From an uncultured Gammaproteobacteria bacterium (GTDB lineage Bacteria; Patescibacteriota; Microgenomatia; UBA8517), in assembly GCA_964489145.1 (NCBI GenBank), contig CAZAXL010000004.1, positions 8,176 through 72,175 on the forward strand: 64,000 bases of DNA, given 5' to 3'. The notes beneath the pieces are model-generated. The model was not told the origin of the DNA. It was given only the letters and a program-made list of their open reading frames with translations, and did no database searches. Shown one piece after another: positions 1-8,998 of the stretch. The position numbers and the translations under genes were made by a program. Within the stretch, counting starts at the first letter, position 1, and every line of letters starts with the position of its first letter.

Positions 1-63
1 ATTCTTTCAGAATTTCTAGCATCACGTTCCCGCAGTCGGGAATGTGTTGTAGAATGATCAAGC

Positions 64-1989
64 ATGTCAGATATTAGTATAGCTGGTTTAAACGAACAAC
101 AAAAACTGGCAGTCACTTATACCGACGGGCCGCTTTTGGTTTTGGCGGGGGCGGGCTCCGGAAAGACTAAAGTTCTGACCCATCGTGTTGCATATTTTAT
201 TTCAAAAGGCTTAATGAAACCTGAAAATGCTCTTCTTTTAACATTCACCAATAAAGCCGCTAACGAGATGAAAGAAAGAATTGTTAAACTCCTGAGCAAA
301 CAAACATCCGTCGCCGGCTCTCAACCACTGGCTACTACTTTTCATTCTTTTTGCGCAAAGGTCTTAAGAGTAGATGGAGAGAATATTGGAATTCCCCAAA
401 ATTTCATTATCTATGACGATCAGGATCAAAAGGAAGCAGTTAAACAGATAATGGAGAGGCTTAATATTTCAATCGAACAGTTTAATCCTTCTTCGATTCT
501 CAACGGAATCAGTGAAGCCAAAAATCAAATGCTTAGTCCGGAAGAATATTTAAATTTAGCAAGAAGCGATTGGCAGGAAATTGCCGCCAAAGTTTACCTT
601 GAGTACGAAAAAATTCTTAAAGAAGTCGGGGCTCTGGATTTTGACGATCTTCTTATTAAAACAGTTAAACTTTTCAAAGACGTACCTCAAGTTTTGGAGA
701 AGTGGCAAAAAAGACTTACACATATCTTTATTGATGAATGGCAGGACACAAACAAAATTCAATATATTTTGGCAAAACTTCTTGTGGGCGGGAGTAAAAA
801 TATTACCGCGGTAGGAGATGCTTCCCAGTCTATTTATTCCTGGCGCGGAGCCGACTTCCGAAATATTAATTATCTTGTGCGCGACTACCCCAATATAAAA
901 GTAATTAATCTTGAACAAAATTACAGATCTACGCAGAACATCCTTGACGCAGCCAACCTGGTCATATCAAAAAATACGAGTCATCCTATTTTGAAGCTTT
1001 GGACTGAAAAAGATAAGGGGTCAAAAATCAAACTATATTCAGCCAGGAACGGATTTGATGAGGCAGATTTTATTGTTTCAGAAATTCAATCTCACAATTC
1101 CGAATACGGTGACTTTGCTGTGCTTTATCGCACCAATGCACAATCCCGTGTTTTGGAAGAAGCATTCCTGCACGCAGGCATTCCCTATATTCTTGTCGGT
1201 GGAGTTAAATTTTACGCTAGACGCGAAATTAAAGATGTTCTGGCTTTTGTCAGATACTTTGTAAATCCAAAGGATCCTGTATCCAGAAAAAGGATTGGAA
1301 AACTTGGTAAAACCAGGCTGAAAAAGTATGAAGAACTTGTGAGAACTTGGAAAGAGAGTAATAGAAAGTTGAAAGATCTTAGTACTCTTGAGATTTTGGA
1401 TGAAATCATTCAAAAAACAGATTATCTTGCTCTTTTCCAAAAGGAAACCGAGGAAAATTTGGCTAGATTGGAAAACCTGAAAGAGCTGCGAAGCGTGGCA
1501 ACAGAGTTTCCCGATGTTAATGAATTTTTAGAAAACGTCGCTTTAGTTGAGGCATCTCAAGATTCCAACAAACATATCACTCCCAATGCCCAGTCAGGTG
1601 AACACGTAACCCTTATGACTCTCCACGCCGCTAAGGGTCTGGAGTTTCCGGCCATTTTCATAATAGGTATGGAGGAGGGGCTTTTCCCTCACAGCAGATC
1701 CTTGATGGACACAGACCAGCTGGAAGAAGAACGCCGGCTTGCTTATGTAGGAATTACACGGGCCAAAGATATCCTCTATCTCACTTATGCATCCTCCCGT
1801 CTTTATTTCGGGGAAAGAATCAGTAATCCTCCAAGCAGGTTCATTATGGACATTCCTGAGAATTTATTGGAAAACATCGGAGGAGAGAGCATAAAACCGA
1901 TTGAAAAATTTAAACTGGATTCCATAGATGATATAAAGGGGACTTTTGACGATATAATAGATAAGTATCTGCCACACAATAATGAATAA
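64..1989 (+). CDS. pcrA: ATP-dependent DNA helicase PcrA/UvrD (SF1A)
   Basis: Motifs LAGAGSGKT, TFTNKAA, TFHS, IDEWQDTN, VGDASQSIYSWRGA, LEQNYRST, TLHAAKGLEFP, EEERRLAYVGITRA. The C-terminus is short and appears to lack the Tudor-like tail. Confidence 0.95.
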   Translation: MSDISIAGLNEQQKLAVTYTDGPLLVLAGAGSGKTKVLTHRVAYFISKGLMKPENALLLTFTNKAANEMKERIVKLLSKQTSVAGSQPLATTFHSFCAKVLRVDGENIGIPQNFIIYDDQDQKEAVKQIMERLNISIEQFNPSSILNGISEAKNQMLSPEEYLNLARSDWQEIAAKVYLEYEKILKEVGALDFDDLLIKTVKLFKDVPQVLEKWQKRLTHIFIDEWQDTNKIQYILAKLLVGGSKNITAVGDASQSIYSWRGADFRNINYLVRDYPNIKVINLEQNYRSTQNILDAANLVISKNTSHPILKLWTEKDKGSKIKLYSARNGFDEADFIVSEIQSHNSEYGDFAVLYRTNAQSRVLEEAFLHAGIPYILVGGVKFYARREIKDVLAFVRYFVNPKDPVSRKRIGKLGKTRLKKYEELVRTWKESNRKLKDLSTLEILDEIIQKTDYLALFQKETEENLARLENLKELRSVATEFPDVNEFLENVALVEASQDSNKHITPNAQSGEHVTLMTLHAAKGLEFPAIFIIGMEEGLFPHSRSLMDTDQLEEERRLAYVGITRAKDILYLTYASSRLYFGERISNPPSRFIMDIPENLLENIGGESIKPIEKFKLDSIDDIKGTFDDIIDKYLPHNNE

Positions 1990-2959
1990 CTTGGACCAAA
2001 TTGCCACACACCCTTTGCAAACTTCTTTTTGGAGAGAATTTAGGAAATCCTGGGGAAATGAAGTTCTTGAAACAAAATACGGAATCCTGACTCTTCACAA
2101 ATTGCCATCAACAAACTACAAAATCGGCATGTTTATAAAGGGGCCGGAACCCAGTCAGCCAATGCTTACAGACTTAAAAGAAATTGGCAGAAAATACAAA
2201 CTTGTTTTCATCAAGTTAGAACCGAATGTTGGTTGGGAATTTCCAATTTCCGATCCAAAATCTTCAATTAAGTCCAAACTAATTAAATTACTGAAACAAA
2301 ACGGAGCTGTGCAAGGAAAGACACTATTTACACCCACCACTTTTCAAATAGATCTGTCCCCAGGTGAAGAAGAATTAATGAAAGGCTTCTCAAGTAAAAC
2401 CCGCTATAACATCAGGCTGGCCGAAAGGAAAGGTGTAATGGTCAAGGAAGACGGCTCCGACAAAGCTTTTACAAAATATCTTGAGCTAACCCGCGAAACC
2501 GTTGGAAGACAAGGATTTTTTGCCCATACTGAAAAATATCACCGGCTGATGTGGAACATTTTGAAAAAAGCCGGAATAGCCCACTTGATGGTTGCTACTT
2601 ATCAGGGTGAAATTATCACCACCTGGATCCTTTTTGTCTGGAAAGACTTTTTATATTACCCATATGGGGCCTCTACCGAAAAACATAAAGAAGTCATGGC
2701 CAACAACCTCATGGTGTGGGAGGCAATAAAATTCGGCAAAAAACTCGGACTTACCACTTTTGATCTCTGGGGGAGGGAAGAAGGTAAAGGTTTTACAAAA
2801 TTTAAGCAAGGTTTCAGCCCGAAAGTAATAGAATTTTTAGGTACGTGGGATCTGGTAATAAACAAACCGCTTTACATGATTTATAAGATAGCCGAATATA
2901 TCAGGTGGCCCATACTTAAGTTGTTTGCGGCGTTTGGATTATCGAAACACAGATTTTAA
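1982..2959 (+). CDS. FemABX-family peptidoglycan bridge aminoacyltransferase
   Basis: HPLQT..W..F N-terminus, FIKLEP, KTRYNIRLAERKGV, YYPYGAS, FDLWG, GFTKFKQGF. Confidence 0.88.
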   Translation: MNNLDQIATHPLQTSFWREFRKSWGNEVLETKYGILTLHKLPSTNYKIGMFIKGPEPSQPMLTDLKEIGRKYKLVFIKLEPNVGWEFPISDPKSSIKSKLIKLLKQNGAVQGKTLFTPTTFQIDLSPGEEELMKGFSSKTRYNIRLAERKGVMVKEDGSDKAFTKYLELTRETVGRQGFFAHTEKYHRLMWNILKKAGIAHLMVATYQGEIITTWILFVWKDFLYYPYGASTEKHKEVMANNLMVWEAIKFGKKLGLTTFDLWGREEGKGFTKFKQGFSPKVIEFLGTWDLVINKPLYMIYKIAEYIRWPILKLFAAFGLSKHRF

Positions 2960-2979
2960 AATTTAAGGAGTGGAAAAAA

Positions 2980-3345
2980 ATGAATAAGAAAATCGTAATT
3001 GCAGTATTTATTTTCATTATGGTTGGCTTTCTGGTGTGGTTGTATTTTAAACCCGCAAAAATAACAACTACCCAGTCAACTAATGACACCACTGCGACGG
3101 CAGACATTACTATTTCGAACTTTAATTTTTCACCGTCATCTTTTACTGTCAATGTGGGACAAAAAATTAGTGTTGTAAATAAGGACTCTGTACAGCATTC
3201 ACTGACGTCCGATGATAAATCGTTTGACACGAGACTCTTATCAACCGGCCGGGAGGGAAGTTTTACGGCACCGACGACTCCGGGAACTTATAAATTCCAC
3301 TGTGCGCCGCACCCAGATATGACAGGCACGCTAATTGTGCAGTAA
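2980..3345 (+). CDS. Membrane-anchored cupredoxin (plastocyanin/amicyanin-like) protein
   Basis: N-terminal TM anchor; NFNFSPSS..VNVGQ, HSLT, and PGTYKFHCAPHPDMTG with type-1 copper ligands H, C, H, M. Confidence 0.88.
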   Translation: MNKKIVIAVFIFIMVGFLVWLYFKPAKITTTQSTNDTTATADITISNFNFSPSSFTVNVGQKISVVNKDSVQHSLTSDDKSFDTRLLSTGREGSFTAPTTPGTYKFHCAPHPDMTGTLIVQ

Positions 3346-3360
3346 GTTATACTTACTCAA

Positions 3361-4206
3361 ATGGTAGATATACGCCAATCTGTTCATTTTGCCAACTATC
3401 TTAAAAGGCTTGGCTGGACGGTTGAGCGGATCGGAGAGATAAACTACTTCATTAAGAGAATACCCATCGTGGGCTCCATACTCAAGCTGCAGCATCCTGA
3501 AGAAATCAGAATGGATACAATACAAAAGTTATCCCGAAAATATGGTGTTTTCCAGATGATTATAGAACCCAAGAACGACTTGGATGCTAAATATTTAGTG
3601 TCTTCCGGCTTCAAGCTGGCCAAAAGCACGTATTTACCCTCAAAAACCCTCCAAATTGATCTAACTCAGAGCCAGGAACAAATTCTTCGCAATTTTAAAA
3701 AAGATGCGAGACGGGTGATAAAAAGGGGGGAGAGTGTTTATATAAAAGAATGCTCAACCCCCGATGAAATCAAAATATTCCGAAGGGAGTGGAAAAAATC
3801 TGTTAAATTTGATCATTATGTAATAAGTACTGAGCAACTCGTTAAGTTAAAGGAAAGTTTTCCACATTCTAAGTCCCTATTCCTTGCGTCGCACAATATA
3901 TCTGGCAGAATTATAGGAGGAGTGATTTTCACGACTTCTTCACACGAAAGATCAAACTATATCACATATTACTGGCAAGCATTCACAAATAAAGAAGGGC
4001 GCTCTACCCTATCCCAATATTCCCTCCTCTGGAGAGGTATACTATGGGCTAAAAAGCAGGGTTATAAGATCTTTGATTTTGAAGGTATCTTTGATCCCCG
4101 CTTCCCCAACAAAAGCTGGTTGGGATTCACCCACTTCAAGCGCTCTTTCGGCGGCCACGAAGTAGAATATCCAGGTTGTTATACCAAACTTCGCCTACCT
4201 TTATAA
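3361..4206 (+). CDS. Second FemABX/GNAT-family transferase
   Basis: DIRQS, IIEP, KTLQIDL, KKDARR, FDFEGI, GFTHFKRSFGG; parallels the 1982..2959 protein. Confidence 0.8.
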   Translation: MVDIRQSVHFANYLKRLGWTVERIGEINYFIKRIPIVGSILKLQHPEEIRMDTIQKLSRKYGVFQMIIEPKNDLDAKYLVSSGFKLAKSTYLPSKTLQIDLTQSQEQILRNFKKDARRVIKRGESVYIKECSTPDEIKIFRREWKKSVKFDHYVISTEQLVKLKESFPHSKSLFLASHNISGRIIGGVIFTTSSHERSNYITYYWQAFTNKEGRSTLSQYSLLWRGILWAKKQGYKIFDFEGIFDPRFPNKSWLGFTHFKRSFGGHEVEYPGCYTKLRLPL

Positions 4207-4222
4207 CAACCAGGCTTAATGA

Positions 4223-7189
4223 TTATTCTTCACTCTTACAAAACAGTGAAAACTCACAACCCATCTGGCAAAACATGTGGTTGCTACACTTAAGGTCGGA
4301 TTTTTCTATTTCGTCCCTGATTTTAAGAATTTCGGTAACAGCATCTTCTAGTTGTTTTGCTGTACGTGTTGTAGAAATTTTCTCCTGATTATCCAAGAAG
4401 TATAAAGATAATTTAATTTTATCCGGAGTTTTTCCAAATGGTTCAGTTGGAATTTTAGATGCAGCTAGAGCATAGAAACTAAGTTGTAAATTTTTATCAA
4501 CTTCTCGCTGGGATGGAATTGTTGCCCCGGTTTTATAATCAACAATTTCTATTTCTCCGTTGCCCAAATTGTCCACCCTATCAAGCCGCCCGCCAATTTT
4601 CAAATCTTTGCCAAGCGGTATTGTGAATGGCAGTTCCAGTGCAGTCGGAAAAATCTTCGGATTAAATCCCTGCTTCAAAAATCCTGATAAATATAATTTA
4701 CCTTTATTAAAAAATTCTTTCTCGTGAGATTTACTCTTAAACCCTTCTTTTACCCAATTATTTTCAAGAAGTTCATAAATAAACTTTTCTGTTGGTTTTG
4801 ATCCTGCAGCTACCTCTTCAAAAAAATTCTTTAGAGTTGCGTGAATCGCCGTTCCGAAACTTTGAGATGCAGATGGTGGTGTCGGAATTTTCAAAATATA
4901 TTTGAGTTTGTAATGAAGTGGACAAGTTTGGAAAGTTTCAATTTGACTGAAACTTAGATAATCAACATGGAAATCTTTTTCCGGCAGTGTCTCTTTAATA
5001 CCAGTTTTAATTCCATAATCGAGAAAGGACAGTTGGGCAGCCTTAATGAAAGTTTTTTCAGCTCCCATTACTTTCTCCCCCAAAGCCTCGAAAATAAATG
5101 GAGATAGTTTTTTCTCACGCTTCCCCTCTCCATAATAATCGGCAGCTGTAAAATACAGCCTTTCTTTCGCCCTTGTCATACCCACGTAGAACAGACGGCG
5201 TTCTTCCTCCAGGTGAAAGTCCCCCACTGGCAAGACCTCTTTTATAAGCTCATTAGGAATCGGGATTTGTTCACGGCGTTCTGTTGTAGGAAACCTTTGA
5301 GAAACCAGGTTGGCAAGAAAGATCACCGGAAACTCCAATCCTTTTGCGGAATGAGCAGTTAAAATATTTACGGCGTTAATTTCAGTCCAGTCTTCGTTTG
5401 CAGCCAAAGGACTCTCCCCAAGCTCCATTGAAAGATCCAGCCAGTCGACAACAGCGGTGATGGTCGCGTCTTGATTATCAACCTCATAGGTTTTGAGCTT
5501 ATCGAAAAATTTGGAAATATTTTTGGCTTTGCTTTCGGCCTCTACCGATGCCGGAGACAAAAGCTTCTGAATAAGTCCCGTCTCCTCAAGAAAATAATAA
5601 AGTATTTGTCCGGCAGTCTCCCGACGTGTGAGACCAAGATGTTTTTTAATAATACCAACCAATTTAACAACCTTTTCTTTACTGTCACCGGACAGAACTG
5701 GCCAATCTGATGCCTTTCGCGAAGTATCCGTCTCCGATAAGGGAGAGTTTTTTGCTACGATTTCTGCAGTTTCAAAAAGTGAAAGGTTATATTTTTTTGC
5801 ATAATTCCCCATTGCAGCAATGTCGCGCGGGGCAATATCGAAATACTCATTTGATAAAACTTTATAGAAGGCTACGGAATCTTCAAAGTTATAAAGAACT
5901 TTAAGGTATGAAATTAAGTCAACTATCTCGGACTGTTTAAATAGTCTTCCCGGACCCAAAAATTGATAAGGAATTCCGTGGCGAGATAGTGCCCTCATAA
6001 TTGGCTCTGAATGATTGTTGGCGCGAACCAGTATTGCAAAATCCCCCCATTTATATTTCCGGTCTTCCTCTGTTATCTTTTTTATTTCTTTGGCGATAAT
6101 ATCTGCTTCATTTTCGACTCTGTCGGCATGAATGAATTTTATTTCGGCACCATCTTTTGCAACCTGAGACTTTAATCTTTTATCTATTTTTTCAACCACT
6201 TCCAACCTGTCAGGGTCATTAAACCTAATTAGATCATGACTTCGGTCAAGAATTTCCTGGGTGCTTCTGTAATTTTTAGTCAAAACTATGACTTTAGCCT
6301 TCGGATAGCTACTTCTAAATTGAATTATGTTGCTTACCGCCGCCCCCCTAAACCTATAAATACTTTGATCATCATCCCCCACCACATTTATATTTCCGGT
6401 CTTTCCCGCCAAGATTTGGGTTAATTCATTTTGAGCATAATTGGTATCCTGAAATTCATCTACAAGAACATATTTAAATTGTTTTTGATACTCGGCTAAA
6501 ATATTTGGTCTGTCCCTGAAAAGCTTCAATGTCTTTGTTATTAAATCCCCGAAGTCCATTAGGCCTTCCTTAACTTTTATCTCATCATATGCCTTATATG
6601 CCTTAGCAAGTTCTGTATATTTTTCTCCTTCAATTTTTTCCTCGTCGCTCAATTTGGAATTTGGAATTTGGAATTTGGAACTTGCCCAATCAAGATATTG
6701 ACTGGGCGACACATCTTCATCCTGCAACCGGCTAAAGTGCTGAAGCATTCCACTTATAAATTTATTTGGATTTCCAAGAGGTCTGAAATAATTTAAATCC
6801 AGTTTAAAAAGATTTTTTCGCAGAAGCTGGATGGCACTCGCCTCTGACATCAATTTATATCTTGGGTCAAGCCCGATGTGTAGAGCTTCCCGCCGGAGAA
6901 TTCTGTCGCAGAAGGAGTGAAAGGTCATTATCCACATTTGTGTATAACCGTAAGGAAGACCAACATCCACCCTTTCCTCCATTTCGCGGGCTGCTTTATC
7001 TGTAAAAGTTAAGGCAAGGATCTCAGAGGGTTTTGCATGTTTACCAAGAATTAAATATTTTATTCTCTCTGTAACAACTGTAGTTTTTCCGGTTCCCGCA
7101 CCGGCAATAATAAGGAGAGGTCCCTTGCCAAATTTAATCGCATCGATTTGTTCTTTATTTAGTTTTAAATTTGAAAGGTTTTTCGTCAT
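4223..7189 (-). CDS. UvrD/REP helicase fused to a C-terminal PD-(D/E)XK nuclease (AddA/AdnAB-like)
   Basis: AGAGTGKT, VDEFQDTN, HSAKGLEFP, EEERRLFYVGMTRA; C-terminal LSFSQ..CP, GRLDRVD, VDYKTG, QLSFYAL and terminal cysteines. Confidence 0.9.
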   Translation of the reverse strand: MTKNLSNLKLNKEQIDAIKFGKGPLLIIAGAGTGKTTVVTERIKYLILGKHAKPSEILALTFTDKAAREMEERVDVGLPYGYTQMWIMTFHSFCDRILRREALHIGLDPRYKLMSEASAIQLLRKNLFKLDLNYFRPLGNPNKFISGMLQHFSRLQDEDVSPSQYLDWASSKFQIPNSKLSDEEKIEGEKYTELAKAYKAYDEIKVKEGLMDFGDLITKTLKLFRDRPNILAEYQKQFKYVLVDEFQDTNYAQNELTQILAGKTGNINVVGDDDQSIYRFRGAAVSNIIQFRSSYPKAKVIVLTKNYRSTQEILDRSHDLIRFNDPDRLEVVEKIDKRLKSQVAKDGAEIKFIHADRVENEADIIAKEIKKITEEDRKYKWGDFAILVRANNHSEPIMRALSRHGIPYQFLGPGRLFKQSEIVDLISYLKVLYNFEDSVAFYKVLSNEYFDIAPRDIAAMGNYAKKYNLSLFETAEIVAKNSPLSETDTSRKASDWPVLSGDSKEKVVKLVGIIKKHLGLTRRETAGQILYYFLEETGLIQKLLSPASVEAESKAKNISKFFDKLKTYEVDNQDATITAVVDWLDLSMELGESPLAANEDWTEINAVNILTAHSAKGLEFPVIFLANLVSQRFPTTERREQIPIPNELIKEVLPVGDFHLEEERRLFYVGMTRAKERLYFTAADYYGEGKREKKLSPFIFEALGEKVMGAEKTFIKAAQLSFLDYGIKTGIKETLPEKDFHVDYLSFSQIETFQTCPLHYKLKYILKIPTPPSASQSFGTAIHATLKNFFEEVAAGSKPTEKFIYELLENNWVKEGFKSKSHEKEFFNKGKLYLSGFLKQGFNPKIFPTALELPFTIPLGKDLKIGGRLDRVDNLGNGEIEIVDYKTGATIPSQREVDKNLQLSFYALAASKIPTEPFGKTPDKIKLSLYFLDNQEKISTTRTAKQLEDAVTEILKIRDEIEKSDLKCSNHMFCQMGCEFSLFCKSEE

Positions 7190-8187
7190 TGTCCTTCTAC
7201 TTCCTTTTCATCCTTCTTGAGTCCGTCTCCTAAGTTTTGTGTAGAAGAGATTTTTTGACCCAACTGGTTAAATGAAGAGAAAACGTTAGTCATCATGTTG
7301 TAGGCATTGTTTAAATGTTTTTGAAGTGTTCCCAAATTTTCTTCAACTTTTCCGTAATCTTTTTGGATTGCTCTTAAAATCCTGAAAACCTCTTTTGATT
7401 TTAATTCAAGATCCTTTCCCTCAAAAGAAAGAAGAAGGACTTGAAGATGGGCATATAAAGTATTGGGGGAAACCGGATAGACCCTAAGACGTCTGGCAAA
7501 AGTAGAAAGCTCGGGAATATTGACTGCTTCGTAATAAACGGCTTCCGACGGAATATACATTAAAGCAAAATCCATTGTTCCCTCCTCGGGAAGTATGTAT
7601 TTTCTACCGATATCTTCGATGTGTTTTTTAACATCCTGTATAAATTGCTTTTTAGCGGAGTTTCGTTCTCCTTCGGTTTCGGCTGTATGCATCAAGTTAA
7701 AATTCTCCATCGGAAATTTGGAATCAATACAAAGCAACCCCGCATCGGTTTTCAAAACAGCATCAACTTTCACTCCACTTTTAAACGGATACTGCAAATG
7801 AAAAGCGTTTTTGGGAAAAGTTTGCCCAATCATCTCTTTTAAAACTTCCTCCCCAAGTCCCCCGCGGAGTTTTGGCGACTGCAAAAAATCCTGAAGGGTG
7901 CGGATTCCCTTTCCAATCTCACTCATTTCACCTAAATTTCTCTGTACTTGTGAGATGACTCTAGCGGCGTTATCTAACCGTTCATTCATTGCCTGAGTAT
8001 TTTTTTGCAAGGAAGATAGAAGATCCCGTCTGTCCTCGCGGGAACCACTTTGAAGAGTTTTTATTATTTCCAAAAGCTCATCGGAGGGCTTTTGGGATTC
8101 TTTCAGATCAATTAGTTTTCTGTTAATAAATAGGGCTACAATCAGGAGGGCGGCTAATACTATAATAAGGGTAATAATAGGATCCAT
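7186..8187 (-). CDS. rmuC: DNA recombination protein RmuC
   Basis: N-terminal TM, coiled coil, PKLRGGLGE, IDSKFP, KYILPEEGTMDFALMYIPSE. Start placed at the ATG at 8187. Confidence 0.92.
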   Translation of the reverse strand: MDPIITLIIVLAALLIVALFINRKLIDLKESQKPSDELLEIIKTLQSGSREDRRDLLSSLQKNTQAMNERLDNAARVISQVQRNLGEMSEIGKGIRTLQDFLQSPKLRGGLGEEVLKEMIGQTFPKNAFHLQYPFKSGVKVDAVLKTDAGLLCIDSKFPMENFNLMHTAETEGERNSAKKQFIQDVKKHIEDIGRKYILPEEGTMDFALMYIPSEAVYYEAVNIPELSTFARRLRVYPVSPNTLYAHLQVLLLSFEGKDLELKSKEVFRILRAIQKDYGKVEENLGTLQKHLNNAYNMMTNVFSSFNQLGQKISSTQNLGDGLKKDEKEVEGQ

Positions 8188-8221
8188 CACTCAATTCTAG
8201 AGTAAAAATTTAAAATTACAA

Positions 8222-8557
8222 ATGAAGAAACATTTCAGAAAAGAACAAATTTTAAAAAGAAAGAATTTTCTTCCGACTCTACTTTTGACAATTCTTCTTT
8301 GGATTCTTTTTGCGGGACTTGTTTATTTTGTCGATCCCCAAACATTTGGAGCAGTGCCACTATTTTTCCTGTTGCTTTTTATCACCTTACTTTTTACATT
8401 TTCCTTGCTTTTTGCCAATTCCCGCCGCGGTCTTGTTATTTCCCTGTCTCTCATTCTTTTTTTTATTCTTTTACTCCTAGGCATCGGAAATGTATTAAAT
8501 TTGATCTTAATACTTGCAATAGCGGTCTGTGTCGAGCTATATTTCTCAACTAGATAA
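8222..8557 (+). CDS. Small integral membrane protein of unknown function
   Basis: 111-aa ORF with about four hydrophobic segments; fills the gap between genes. Confidence 0.7.
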   Translation: MKKHFRKEQILKRKNFLPTLLLTILLWILFAGLVYFVDPQTFGAVPLFFLLLFITLLFTFSLLFANSRRGLVISLSLILFFILLLLGIGNVLNLILILAIAVCVELYFSTR

Positions 8558-8629
8558 GCTGCGTTGGCAATAAAATTACCAACGGTCTTGTCATACAAGT
8601 ATAGATTCTAGCTTACAGCTAGGAAAATT

Positions 8630-8965
8630 ATGATGAATCCATCACTCAAAAAGCAGCTTCTTAAAACTTTTTCCAAGATGATAGATGACCTTGAGGGTTT
8701 GAGTGAGATTGAAATATTTTTGAAGGATTTTTTTGACGATGTAGAGCTTGAAAGATATATCAAAAGAATAGCCATTGCTTATTGGCTCAAAAAAGGCAGA
8801 GATAAAGAAAATATTAAAAGAAACCTACTTGCCACCCCAAAAGAAATACTTGATGCGGAAAAATTACTCAAAAAAGACGGGGTCAAACTTGCTCTCAAGA
8901 AAATGGAGGCTGAAGAGTGGGCCAATGTCTGGGCCGAAAAAATTAAAAATTTTACCAAGAAGTAG
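8630..8965 (+). CDS. TrpR/YerC-YecD-like helix-turn-helix protein
   Basis: E..FLKDFF...E....KRIAIAYWLKKG.....I...L pattern resembles YerC/YecD/TrpR. Confidence 0.6.
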   Translation: MMNPSLKKQLLKTFSKMIDDLEGLSEIEIFLKDFFDDVELERYIKRIAIAYWLKKGRDKENIKRNLLATPKEILDAEKLLKKDGVKLALKKMEAEEWANVWAEKIKNFTKK

Positions 8966-8998
8966 CTTCAATCCCCTCTTAAGCTGTACAATACAACC

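Noticed and set aside
23-46. Hairpin CACGTTCCCG-CAGT-CGGGAATGTG before pcrA
   Set aside because: A real inverted repeat, but at the window edge and without a clear U-tract, so terminator versus operator cannot be decided.
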